Source: Fidelibacterota bacterium (GTDB lineage: Bacteria > Fidelibacterota > UBA2242). From it: a stretch of DNA of 33,487 nucleotides. The notes below the pieces were generated by a model. The model saw only the letters and a list, made by a program, of their open reading frames with translations, had not been told where the DNA came from and made no database searches. Positions 9,091-17,478 of the stretch are shown here, one piece after another. Every line of letters begins with the position of its first letter. Positions within the stretch are counted from its first letter, which is position 1. The translations under genes and the position numbers were made by a program. Location: contig JBNGDF010000005.1 in assembly GCA_049975265.1 (NCBI GenBank), forward strand, positions 129,640-163,126, in the 5' to 3' direction.

Positions 9091-9119
9091 TTGACATTGA
9101 ACAGTATCAAAACTATTTT
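9091..9119 (+). promoter_or_regulatory. Putative sigma70 promoter of the rightward surface-protein operon
   Basis: Perfect TTGACA (9091-9096), 17-nt spacer, TATTTT (9114-9119), about 60 nt upstream of the ATG at 9181, in an AT-rich divergent intergenic region. Confidence 0.65.
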
Positions 9120-9180
9120 TAAAAATGAAATGGAATTTATGCAAGCATGTATCAATCTATCCCGATAGAAGGATTTTGTC

Positions 9181-11352
9181 ATGAATAAAACCTTGAAAAA
9201 CTTCACAGCTTGGCTGATTTTCCTGCTGGCATGCTCTGCGCTTCAGGCAGAGGATTACCGTCTGATTATCACCTATCCGCAGGCGACGAACGAGTGGGGT
9301 CGGCGTCTGGCTTCCGGTGAAAATAAGACGGTGATGAAAATCCAGTTTATTGATCTGGATGATGCAAACGACTACAAACTGAGCCAGTTCAGTGTGCGAC
9401 CTTTTACCGATCGGGAGGAGTGGTATATTGACTCGCTGCAGCTTTGGAAGAATGTAGATAATTATCCCGGTAGTCTGGACCACCGCAGCGATTCGCTGAT
9501 CGCCACTCAATCAATGATCGGGCTGGATGCCCTGACGACCAATATGACGGCGATGCCATTCACACTGGGCGGCGAACTGCCGCTGCAGGATACCACGACC
9601 TTCTTCGTAACCATGATCGCTCAAAACTGGTTTACCGATGCAGCGAATGACCGGGAGATTTCGGACCAAAACGGTGCCCAGATCGGCATTACCGTAGATA
9701 AAAACACCAATGATATCGTTATTTTACGGACCGATAACAGCAGCGGAACTGCCAATGACTGGGCGGGCAACGCGTCGAAAATATTTACGGTTCAGGCGGT
9801 CAATCTGCCGGTGTATATCTACAACCGTACCCGCACTGCCGAAGAGGACAGCAATCTGTTTTATCCCCGCTATCTGGAGCTGGATGATAGTAATGCCAGT
9901 CGGGCGCAAAGCCTGACCGATCTGACAGTCGCCGCCCATGTTTTTCTGCCGCACGATGGCAGCGTGAACGGGGACAGCCTCTCCTATGCCTCGTTTAAAA
10001 TCGGCTGGAGCAACCAGCATCTTCAGCTCGACTCCATTGCTTTCGGCGATCTCTGGGATAACAAGCAATACCAGGAGGACGGCTGGGACGGCAGTGGTTA
10101 CGGCGTGACAACGCTGCCCGGTGATACGACGGTCTCGGTGGTGCGATTCGAAGCCGTGGTCATGGGTAATTCCTCCAGCCCGGAAAATTATGTGGACATC
10201 GCCAATAATTCCCTGGGCGTTTTTTATTTTAAAGTATTGCAACCGGGGGTCAGCCCGCTGTTTTTGGACGATGTCCGGATACTGGATCAGTGGGGCATTC
10301 CTTATCACTGCTATCGTACATTACAGAATGATGCCGATGATACAGCTGAAAAATATGATGCCTGGGTCAAGATGATCCTCGGTGACTTTGCCGGCGGTTT
10401 AGGGACTCTCACCGACGGCGCCTGCGATGGTCGGATCGATCCGGTGCACGATGTCACCCTCTTTGCCGATTATTTCTGGATGAATGCCGACTCCGCCGAC
10501 TGGTACAGCCGTTTCGATATCGGTGATTCGATATCGCACAATCCCGATGAGCTGAGCCCCGACGACACCACCAACTTTTTTGACCTGATGGTGATCGGAA
10601 CAAACTATTATCGGACATTGCGGGGCGATTTCAGTCAAAAACCGGTGGCTTTTGCCGGTTCAGCGAAGGTACACCTGCAAATTTCTGAGAATGAAACCGC
10701 CCCGGACATTTTACAGATAAATCTTGAGATGGAGAAAATACCGGAGCTGGTTTCCGGACAGATCAAGTTATGCTTTGATCCGGAAGTCTACGCCTTCAAG
10801 GGATTCTCACTTGGAGATTGGGTCGCCGCGATGACACCGCAAAATGTATTTCTCTATGCGCCCGGCGAACTGAAAAAGGGGATCCTGGATATCAATTTTC
10901 TGGCGCTGGAAAAACCGGTTAGCGGTTCGGGCTGTTTTCTAAATGTCGATTTCGAAAAGATTGGTAGCGGGACAGACATGTTCCGGCTGGATCATGTTGA
11001 TCTGAGAGACCGCTATTGTCAGCAACTGGTGGTCAATATTGATGAACAAATCACGCCGGTCGTCCCAGCGGACTATTTTTTAACCGCCTGCTACCCGAAT
11101 CCTTTCAATCCGGTTGTGAACCTGAGCTATCAAATTCCCGTTATAAATGCCGGGATTTACCGTATTTCGGTTTTTGACCTGCAGGGCAAAATGATCCGCG
11201 AATTGTCCGCCGATTATCATGCGGCGGGACAGTATCACCTGGTCTGGGATGGTATGAACGGTCAGAAGATGCCGGTCAGCAGCGGTATCTATATTGTCCG
11301 GTTTGATGGTAACGGCGTCTCGAAAAACTATAAAATCACCCTCCTGCGGTAA
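9181..11352 (+). CDS. Secreted protein: N-terminal beta domain - cohesin-like - dockerin-like - cohesin-like - T9SS/FlgD-Ig CTD (paralog A)
   Basis: Signal peptide (ALQA|E). Cohesin-like patterns (FKVLQPGVSPLFLDDVRILD; IKLCFDPEV...GILDINF...SGSGCFLNVDF...LRD). Duplicated Ca-loop/helix (GDF...DGRIDPVHDVTLFADYF and FDI...PDDTTNFFDLMVIGTNY). CTD YPNPFNP...WDG.N...SSGIYIV...KITLLR. Confidence 0.78.
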   Translation: MNKTLKNFTAWLIFLLACSALQAEDYRLIITYPQATNEWGRRLASGENKTVMKIQFIDLDDANDYKLSQFSVRPFTDREEWYIDSLQLWKNVDNYPGSLDHRSDSLIATQSMIGLDALTTNMTAMPFTLGGELPLQDTTTFFVTMIAQNWFTDAANDREISDQNGAQIGITVDKNTNDIVILRTDNSSGTANDWAGNASKIFTVQAVNLPVYIYNRTRTAEEDSNLFYPRYLELDDSNASRAQSLTDLTVAAHVFLPHDGSVNGDSLSYASFKIGWSNQHLQLDSIAFGDLWDNKQYQEDGWDGSGYGVTTLPGDTTVSVVRFEAVVMGNSSSPENYVDIANNSLGVFYFKVLQPGVSPLFLDDVRILDQWGIPYHCYRTLQNDADDTAEKYDAWVKMILGDFAGGLGTLTDGACDGRIDPVHDVTLFADYFWMNADSADWYSRFDIGDSISHNPDELSPDDTTNFFDLMVIGTNYYRTLRGDFSQKPVAFAGSAKVHLQISENETAPDILQINLEMEKIPELVSGQIKLCFDPEVYAFKGFSLGDWVAAMTPQNVFLYAPGELKKGILDINFLALEKPVSGSGCFLNVDFEKIGSGTDMFRLDHVDLRDRYCQQLVVNIDEQITPVVPADYFLTACYPNPFNPVVNLSYQIPVINAGIYRISVFDLQGKMIRELSADYHAAGQYHLVWDGMNGQKMPVSSGIYIVRFDGNGVSKNYKITLLR

Positions 11353-11369
11353 AAGGGATATTTCGCCCG

Positions 11370-13565
11370 GTGAACTACATTAAAAAATATAGCCTCCTTT
11401 ATTGTCTGCTATTGCTGAGCTTTAGCCTGCCACTGCGGGCGCAGTATGGCTGGTATTTTCAGTATGCGGCGAACAATTTATCAACGCACTGGCGGCATCT
11501 GGCTTCCGGCGACACCACAGTGATTGCGAGTTTTACCTTTTCCACGGATATCCCGGACGATCCCACCGAATACTATTTAAAAGGTTTTCGTTTGTGGCCG
11601 ATCACCAATAGCACCACCGGCTGGTTTGTGGACGAACTGCAACTGTATCTGGATCGGGGTGACCGTGTTTTCGGGCGGGATGATTCGCTGATCAGCGGCA
11701 GGCTGGCGATTACGATTCCCGATCAGTCCGATAGCGTGAATTCGATCCATTTTAATTTCGGTGGGGATTCGTTACGTTTGAACGACAACTGCATGCTCTT
11801 TGTCATTGCGGTTGTTCACGACTGGCGGGATGCAGACCCGGAGAATCTGGAGATTGACACCACCACCAGCGGACCTTATGGAAAATGGTTCAGTATTAAA
11901 GTTTTCAAAGAGGATATAACCGTTTCGCCACCGGCTGTTTTCAATAGTATCAATCAACCCACGCTAGCCCAATTTTATTACCGGGCACTGAATCTGCCCG
12001 TTACAATCCGCAATAATCTGGCGTCCGCGGCGGAGGATGACAGCCCACGACGGAACATGTTTTATCCGAATTTCCACCCACTTGATGGAACAAATACCAG
12101 CAGAAGCCAGCGCCTTGACGATCTCTTCTTTTATGCTGACATTTACCTGCCGCTTGCCAATGACAGTATTCAGTTCAGTCTCAAGTCGGCTTCGCTGCGG
12201 TTTGGTTTCGATAACCGGATTTTGGAATTTGCCTCGGCAGAATATGGCGATATATGGGGAGATGACGCCTGGTTTTATGTGGATACGGCAATCACGGCCG
12301 TGGCAGATGCACAGGGTCTCGACACACTTTTTGAATATTCAATATTGCAGTATAACGCCGTTTTTTCCGGTAGCGAGACAGTGAACAGCAAATATGGTAT
12401 CATCGATTCGAACAGTGTCGTACGGCTGAAATTCAATGTCATCAGACCGGGAATTTCGCCGGTCTATTTGCGGGAAATCGATCTGCGCGACCGTTACGGG
12501 ATTCGCTATCATTGTTATCAGCAGTTACAGAACGGTGCGGCAGGAGAGAGTGGCGCGGTGACTGACCGTTTTGACGCCTGGGCGAAGTTCAATCTCGGAG
12601 ATTTTACCTATGCCGGTGGTGAGGAGGTGAGTACCGCCGGTACGGGCGACGGACGTGTGACCTGGGAGGATGTCAGCCTGTTTTCCGATTATATCTGGTT
12701 AAATTCCGGCAGCAGTCGCTGGTACAGGCGCTTTGATATCGCCTCCGCTCATTCGATATCGCCTGCGCAGTCCTGTCCGGATGATACGACTAATTTTTAC
12801 GATCTGATGGTACTCGGGACCAACTATCGCCGGACGTACCGGGGTGCGTTTAATCAAAAGCCGGTCAACCGCGAACCGGATAGCCTTGAAATAAGATTAA
12901 TCGGCGCGGATTTTTCTGACGAACGGCAAGTACGGATTCAGCTGCAAAATATCACCGATCTGCAATCAGCCCATCTGATCCTTCGGTTTAATCCTGAGGA
13001 GCTACGCTTTACCGACATTGAACAGGGCGCCTGGACGAGCAGCGTGATTGAGAATTGTCTGTTGCTGGTTCCCGAAAAGCCATTGGTAAAGGGGATTATT
13101 GATATCAATTTTGTATCTCTGGATCGGTCGCTCAACGGGGAGGGTGACTTTATTCAGGTTCGTTTCAGGAAATGTCAATCGCGGGCGGCAATGCCGGAAG
13201 TAGTTGCCTATGATTTTCGGGATAGTGATTGCCGTTCGCTGCCGGTGGTTCAAGCAGCTGCGCCCGAATCCGCGATTCCGGCGACCTTTACCCTGCTGCA
13301 GAATTTTCCCAATCCTTTTAATGCCGGGACGCAGATCACATACACTATTGCGGAAACGGAGGAGGGTTGTTACAATCTGGCTGTTTACGACCTTCGCGGA
13401 AACCGGGTTATTACACTGAGGGATGCTGTTCACTCCGCCGGTTCATACCGGCTCCGGTGGAACGGCTGCAACCGGCATGGTCAGGCGGTGGCGAGCGGGG
13501 TCTATTTTTTATGTCTGGAAAATTCTGAAAAGGCATGGCGGAAAAAGATAATGTTGCTGAGATAA
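11370..13565 (+). CDS. Secreted cohesin-dockerin-cohesin-CTD protein (paralog B)
   Basis: GTG start; signal peptide LRA|Q. Full-length similarity to paralog A (LASG, ALNLPV.I.N, FYP, PG.SP, PDDTTNF.DLMV.GTNY, KGI.DINF). CTD QNFPNPFN...WNG.N...ASGVYF...KKIMLLR. Confidence 0.78.
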   Translation: MNYIKKYSLLYCLLLLSFSLPLRAQYGWYFQYAANNLSTHWRHLASGDTTVIASFTFSTDIPDDPTEYYLKGFRLWPITNSTTGWFVDELQLYLDRGDRVFGRDDSLISGRLAITIPDQSDSVNSIHFNFGGDSLRLNDNCMLFVIAVVHDWRDADPENLEIDTTTSGPYGKWFSIKVFKEDITVSPPAVFNSINQPTLAQFYYRALNLPVTIRNNLASAAEDDSPRRNMFYPNFHPLDGTNTSRSQRLDDLFFYADIYLPLANDSIQFSLKSASLRFGFDNRILEFASAEYGDIWGDDAWFYVDTAITAVADAQGLDTLFEYSILQYNAVFSGSETVNSKYGIIDSNSVVRLKFNVIRPGISPVYLREIDLRDRYGIRYHCYQQLQNGAAGESGAVTDRFDAWAKFNLGDFTYAGGEEVSTAGTGDGRVTWEDVSLFSDYIWLNSGSSRWYRRFDIASAHSISPAQSCPDDTTNFYDLMVLGTNYRRTYRGAFNQKPVNREPDSLEIRLIGADFSDERQVRIQLQNITDLQSAHLILRFNPEELRFTDIEQGAWTSSVIENCLLLVPEKPLVKGIIDINFVSLDRSLNGEGDFIQVRFRKCQSRAAMPEVVAYDFRDSDCRSLPVVQAAAPESAIPATFTLLQNFPNPFNAGTQITYTIAETEEGCYNLAVYDLRGNRVITLRDAVHSAGSYRLRWNGCNRHGQAVASGVYFLCLENSEKAWRKKIMLLR

Positions 13566-13583
13566 AACAAGCGGATTAATGAT

Positions 13584-14657
13584 ATGAGAAAGATTTGCAT
13601 CGGATTTTGGGTCAGTTTTTTCATCTGGACGACGTTGCCGGCGCTGACCACGCCCCGGGTGTCCATGCGGACAAGCAGCGATGAGATCAGTGTGACGGAC
13701 ACCTTTACAGTATCTCTGGGGGTGACGCGGGGCGATTCCATGCGGACGGTGTTTCTGCGCCTGAATTATGACGAGCAGAAGGTTCGCTACCTGGAGGGCA
13801 CACCGGGCAGTCTCTTCCAGGGAGCGGTATTCTGGGATATCCATCCCGAACGGATCGAGTCCGACAGCATGATCTATATGGTGGCGGTGATGCTGGGCGC
13901 CGGGCGTTTTGTTTCGGCGCCGGGGAACTTTTTCAATATTAATTTCGTGGCGCTGGACAGCGGTCAGGCGGTTTTCACCCTGGATTCGTTAAAATTCGTT
14001 GATCCCAACCTGAACTATTTCGACGGTAGCTGGGATACGCTGAAAACGGTGATCGCACCGACGGACACTTTCCCGCCGGGACCGGTTTCCGATTTTAAGG
14101 TTCAGGAAGACGGTTCGGGACGTTTGAAGCTGCACTGGCGCAATCCAAACGATGAGGATTTTGAGGGGACCATTATTCTGCGCAGTACCGAGAGTTTTAT
14201 CCGGATAGTAGATACAAGCAAAACGGTGGTATATGACGGGATCGGTGAAACATATACCGATATTAATCTGGTGGATGATGCCGTCTATTACTATACCGCC
14301 TTTGCGTATGATGAAATTCCCAACTATTCGGAGCCGCGGTTTCTCAAAGGGGTGCCCAAGGGCGAATATGTCTTCACCTATCCCAATCCCTTCGATCCCA
14401 ACGACGGAGTGGGGACGACCTTTAACATTCTGTTCACAAATAATACCTTTGTGGATATCACGATTTATGATGCCGTCGGTAACCACGTGATTGATTTGTA
14501 TAAAGCGGAACAGGTTTTTGCCAATGAACCCACCAAGACCATGACCTGGAACGGGCGCAACGGCGACAATGAGATGGTGGCGAACGGGGTGTACTATTTT
14601 GTGGTCAAGACCAGTCAAGGAGATCAAAAAATTGGAAAAGTTGCGGTTCTCAGGTAG
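13584..14657 (+). CDS. Secreted cohesin-like - FN3 - CTD protein
   Basis: Signal peptide. Cohesin-like domain (DTFTVSL...LRLNYDEQKVRY...G.LF...INFVALDSG.AVFTLD). FN3-like domain (DTFPPGPV...LHWRNPND.DF...YYYTAFAYD...NYS). CTD YPNPFDPN...WNGRN...VANGVYYF...GKVAVLR. Confidence 0.78.
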   Translation: MRKICIGFWVSFFIWTTLPALTTPRVSMRTSSDEISVTDTFTVSLGVTRGDSMRTVFLRLNYDEQKVRYLEGTPGSLFQGAVFWDIHPERIESDSMIYMVAVMLGAGRFVSAPGNFFNINFVALDSGQAVFTLDSLKFVDPNLNYFDGSWDTLKTVIAPTDTFPPGPVSDFKVQEDGSGRLKLHWRNPNDEDFEGTIILRSTESFIRIVDTSKTVVYDGIGETYTDINLVDDAVYYYTAFAYDEIPNYSEPRFLKGVPKGEYVFTYPNPFDPNDGVGTTFNILFTNNTFVDITIYDAVGNHVIDLYKAEQVFANEPTKTMTWNGRNGDNEMVANGVYYFVVKTSQGDQKIGKVAVLR

Positions 14658-15798
14658 GCGTTTGACGCTGAACCATGTTCTGTTGTTGATTGTTCTGATG
14701 ACGGTCGGAATTTCGGCGCAGAGCGGCGGCTACGCCGGTAGTTATCTCAGTCTGACTAGCAGCTCCCGAGCCTTTGGCATGGGTGGTGTGGCGATCGCCT
14801 CCGCCGAGGATGCCACGACGGTTTTTATCAATCCCGGGATGGTCGGCATGCTTTACGACGGGAATTTCAATGCCACTCTGGCGAAACTGGGCTATGACCG
14901 GAATTATTACGATATGGCGTTTACCTATCCGCTGAACTCCTGGGGTAGTCTTGGTTTAGCCTGGGCGCAGCTGTCCGTTGACAATATCGAAGGGCGCGAC
15001 CGGGATGGATATTTCACGCAGAACTTTTCCGATCTGCAGAGCGCCCTGATGCTGGCATACAGTAAGACGATCGGCGATAATTTTTCGGTGGGTTTCACGG
15101 GGAAATACCTGTATCACAGCTTGGCAGGCTATTCCGCCAACGGGGTGTCTTTCGATATCGGTTCGGCGATTTACATCGGCGAGCGCATCACCCTCGGGGC
15201 GGTTTTCCGGAATCTGAACTCTTCTCTGAAATGGAACACATCCAGTCAATTGAAGGAGACTATTCCGACCCAAATCGGGGTCGGGATCAGCTATTTTGAT
15301 CTGTTCAATGTGCCGAATTTACTGGTGGCGACGGATTTGTATATGCAGGGCGGCGATTTTTCCGGCTATCATGCCGGGGCTGAATATATCATCCGGGATC
15401 TGGTGCTGCTGCGGGGCGGTTATTCGGACCGGGGCATCAGCTACGGCGGCGGATTGCAGGTCGCCGGTTTCCGGTTTGATGTGGGCGTGATACCCGAAAC
15501 GTTTGGAAACGTCTCGCGGGTATTTTTTACCTTAAGCTGGCGCTTTGGAAAGCAGCCGGAAGCTATTTATGAGCCTCCCGTACAGGAAACTCCGCCACCC
15601 GTACAGCAGACGGCGCCCCCACCGGTGAGTACCGAGACAAGAAATATCGTTTTAATTACCGCCGGTCCGCTGGCAAATGAAAGAGCCGAGGTGATCAGCC
15701 AGAATCCGGCTGAGAATACGATTACCGTGCGCCTGCTGGCATTGCCGGGTTCCGATCCGATTACATTGACTATGGATCAGGTGAAATTTTTGGAGTAA
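14632..15798 (+). CDS. PorV/PorQ-family (FadL-like) outer-membrane beta-barrel with Pro-rich linker and C-terminal KOW-like domain
   Basis: Start re-assigned to TTG 14632 (AAGGAG 9 nt upstream), giving signal peptide ...VGISA|Q. PorV-type motif SRAFGMGG..A...DA...FINPG. Amphipathic strands (FSVGFTGKY, SFDIG, LRGGY) end at FTLSWRFG. Confidence 0.82.
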   Translation: MEKLRFSGRRLTLNHVLLLIVLMTVGISAQSGGYAGSYLSLTSSSRAFGMGGVAIASAEDATTVFINPGMVGMLYDGNFNATLAKLGYDRNYYDMAFTYPLNSWGSLGLAWAQLSVDNIEGRDRDGYFTQNFSDLQSALMLAYSKTIGDNFSVGFTGKYLYHSLAGYSANGVSFDIGSAIYIGERITLGAVFRNLNSSLKWNTSSQLKETIPTQIGVGISYFDLFNVPNLLVATDLYMQGGDFSGYHAGAEYIIRDLVLLRGGYSDRGISYGGGLQVAGFRFDVGVIPETFGNVSRVFFTLSWRFGKQPEAIYEPPVQETPPPVQQTAPPPVSTETRNIVLITAGPLANERAEVISQNPAENTITVRLLALPGSDPITLTMDQVKFLE

Positions 15799-15813
15799 AT
15801 TTTTAGGAATGCG

Positions 15814-17346
15814 ATGGAAATAAAATTGAATGTACCGATCCTTGCGTGGACAGCCTTTTTGCTGCTCTACCTGTGTGCATCGCCGGTGCAAGCCCAGCGG
15901 CGGCGCCCAGTGACGACCAGCGCCGGGACTCAAACAGTGCGAAGTCCCGCTATGGACGTGGATCAGATCGAGCAGCGTAATCAAGCCCTTTTACAGCAGA
16001 TTATGAGTTTACAAAAGGAACGGGATTTTTATAAAAAGAAAATCACCGACTGGACAGAGTTGCAGAAGAATAAGGCTCCGGAACAGCCGAAGCCAGAAAA
16101 AGAGGAAACGAAGCCGGAGGGAGCAATCCAACCGGGCGCTCTGGCGGCTTACTATCTGCCGATTACACCCGGTATTCTGGATACCTTGATTCAGTACCGA
16201 GATCTGTATCGCCGTTCCAGAAAACCGGAACCGGTGGTCCTGGATAAGGATTCGCTGTTTCAGACGGCGCAACGTCTGGCGGTCATGGGGCGGTATCACG
16301 CAGCCCGGGAGGGTTACGAGCAGCTGATTCGTTCTCCTCAGGCAAAGGATACCCATTTTCTGGAATATGGTAAATTTCTCTACAAAATCGCTGATTATCA
16401 ACGGGCACTGGAGATGCTTTCGGGGGTGACCGGCGGTAATCGGGAGCTGGCAGAAGCCTCATATTATAAAGGGCGTATCTATCAGCTGACCCATGCGCCG
16501 ACGGTGGCGCAGATAGATTTTTACCGCAGCCGCTACCTCCAGCCGGAATTTCCGGGTGTTGAGACTGCCAGAGGATTTCAATTTTTTCTTGAGGGTGAAT
16601 TGGATTCCGCCCGCACTGTGTTTACCCGTCTTCTGCAGAAACAGTCGGTCTTGAGCGGGGAGATTTATTACGGTCTGGCACGGGTCTATGAAGCCCAGAA
16701 TGAGCGTGAGAAAGCCGTGACCTGTTATCAGCGCAGCCTTGTTCACGATCCCCTGTTTGTTAATAGTTATGTGGCACTGGCGAAAATTCTGTACGAGCTG
16801 GAAGATTATCAATCGTGCATCCTGTTTTTCCAAAAGGCAGCGGAGGCTGCTATTGATCAGCAGATGCGGTATTATTATACAGGGCGTTCATATTATTTTT
16901 TAAAGCAATGGGACAAAGCCCTGGCGGAATTTCAAAAAATAGACGACAGCGCCGAAGGATTACATATAAAAAAAGAGTGGCTTGCCAAAATTTACTATAT
17001 CCGCTGCCTGATGGCGCGGGAGACGGGCGATCACCGGCAGGCGCTGGATTATTTCCGCAAAGCCCGGGAGATCAACCCCGACGCTTACAGCTGGATGACG
17101 GCAGCACTGGAGGATCTGGGTCGTATTCATACCAAAGATTTGGATTACAACGACGCATTGAGTTACTATTCCCGGCTTGTCAGGCTGAATCCGGCGGACA
17201 TGGAGACGTTGCTGAAAGTCGGACAATTCTATTATTATTTGGGAGAAATTGACGAAGCTCGCCGATATTTTACCCTTGCTTTGAACGATACGGAGACCGC
17301 CGATCGGGCGGGTTACTGGCTGCGACAGATCAATGCGATTCCATGA
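15814..17346 (+). CDS. Exported TPR-repeat protein with N-terminal coiled coil
   Basis: Signal peptide VQA|Q; coiled coil IEQRNQALLQQIMSLQKERD; many TPRs (IYYGLARVYEAQNEREKAVTCYQRSL, YYLGEIDEARRYF). Confidence 0.85.
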   Translation: MEIKLNVPILAWTAFLLLYLCASPVQAQRRRPVTTSAGTQTVRSPAMDVDQIEQRNQALLQQIMSLQKERDFYKKKITDWTELQKNKAPEQPKPEKEETKPEGAIQPGALAAYYLPITPGILDTLIQYRDLYRRSRKPEPVVLDKDSLFQTAQRLAVMGRYHAAREGYEQLIRSPQAKDTHFLEYGKFLYKIADYQRALEMLSGVTGGNRELAEASYYKGRIYQLTHAPTVAQIDFYRSRYLQPEFPGVETARGFQFFLEGELDSARTVFTRLLQKQSVLSGEIYYGLARVYEAQNEREKAVTCYQRSLVHDPLFVNSYVALAKILYELEDYQSCILFFQKAAEAAIDQQMRYYYTGRSYYFLKQWDKALAEFQKIDDSAEGLHIKKEWLAKIYYIRCLMARETGDHRQALDYFRKAREINPDAYSWMTAALEDLGRIHTKDLDYNDALSYYSRLVRLNPADMETLLKVGQFYYYLGEIDEARRYFTLALNDTETADRAGYWLRQINAIP

Positions 17347-17478
17347 CACCTGTCACAGTGAGGGTGACCTGAAAATTGTAGGTTAAATATAAATGAACAT
17401 AACCGGGAAAATTAGGAGGCAGGGAAAATCACAGGTTCGGATACAAGCGTAATTTTTTTATAGGAACTTCCCCGGATC

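Noticed and set aside
14569..14631. ORF-track start of the PorV-like gene at 14569
   Set aside because: It gives a long overlap and an atypical N-terminus; TTG 14632 has an AAGGAG SD and yields a normal signal peptide.
9181..14657. Classical cellulosome
   Set aside because: No glycoside hydrolase, CBM3, SLH or sortase motif is recognisable, and the proteins carry T9SS-like CTDs instead.
17344..17355. Short inverted repeat TGACA-CC-TGTCA upstream of the giant gene, and AAAAAA-CGG-TTTTTT at 9005-9019
   Set aside because: Too short or low-complexity, and no second copy was noticed in other intergenic regions to support an operator.
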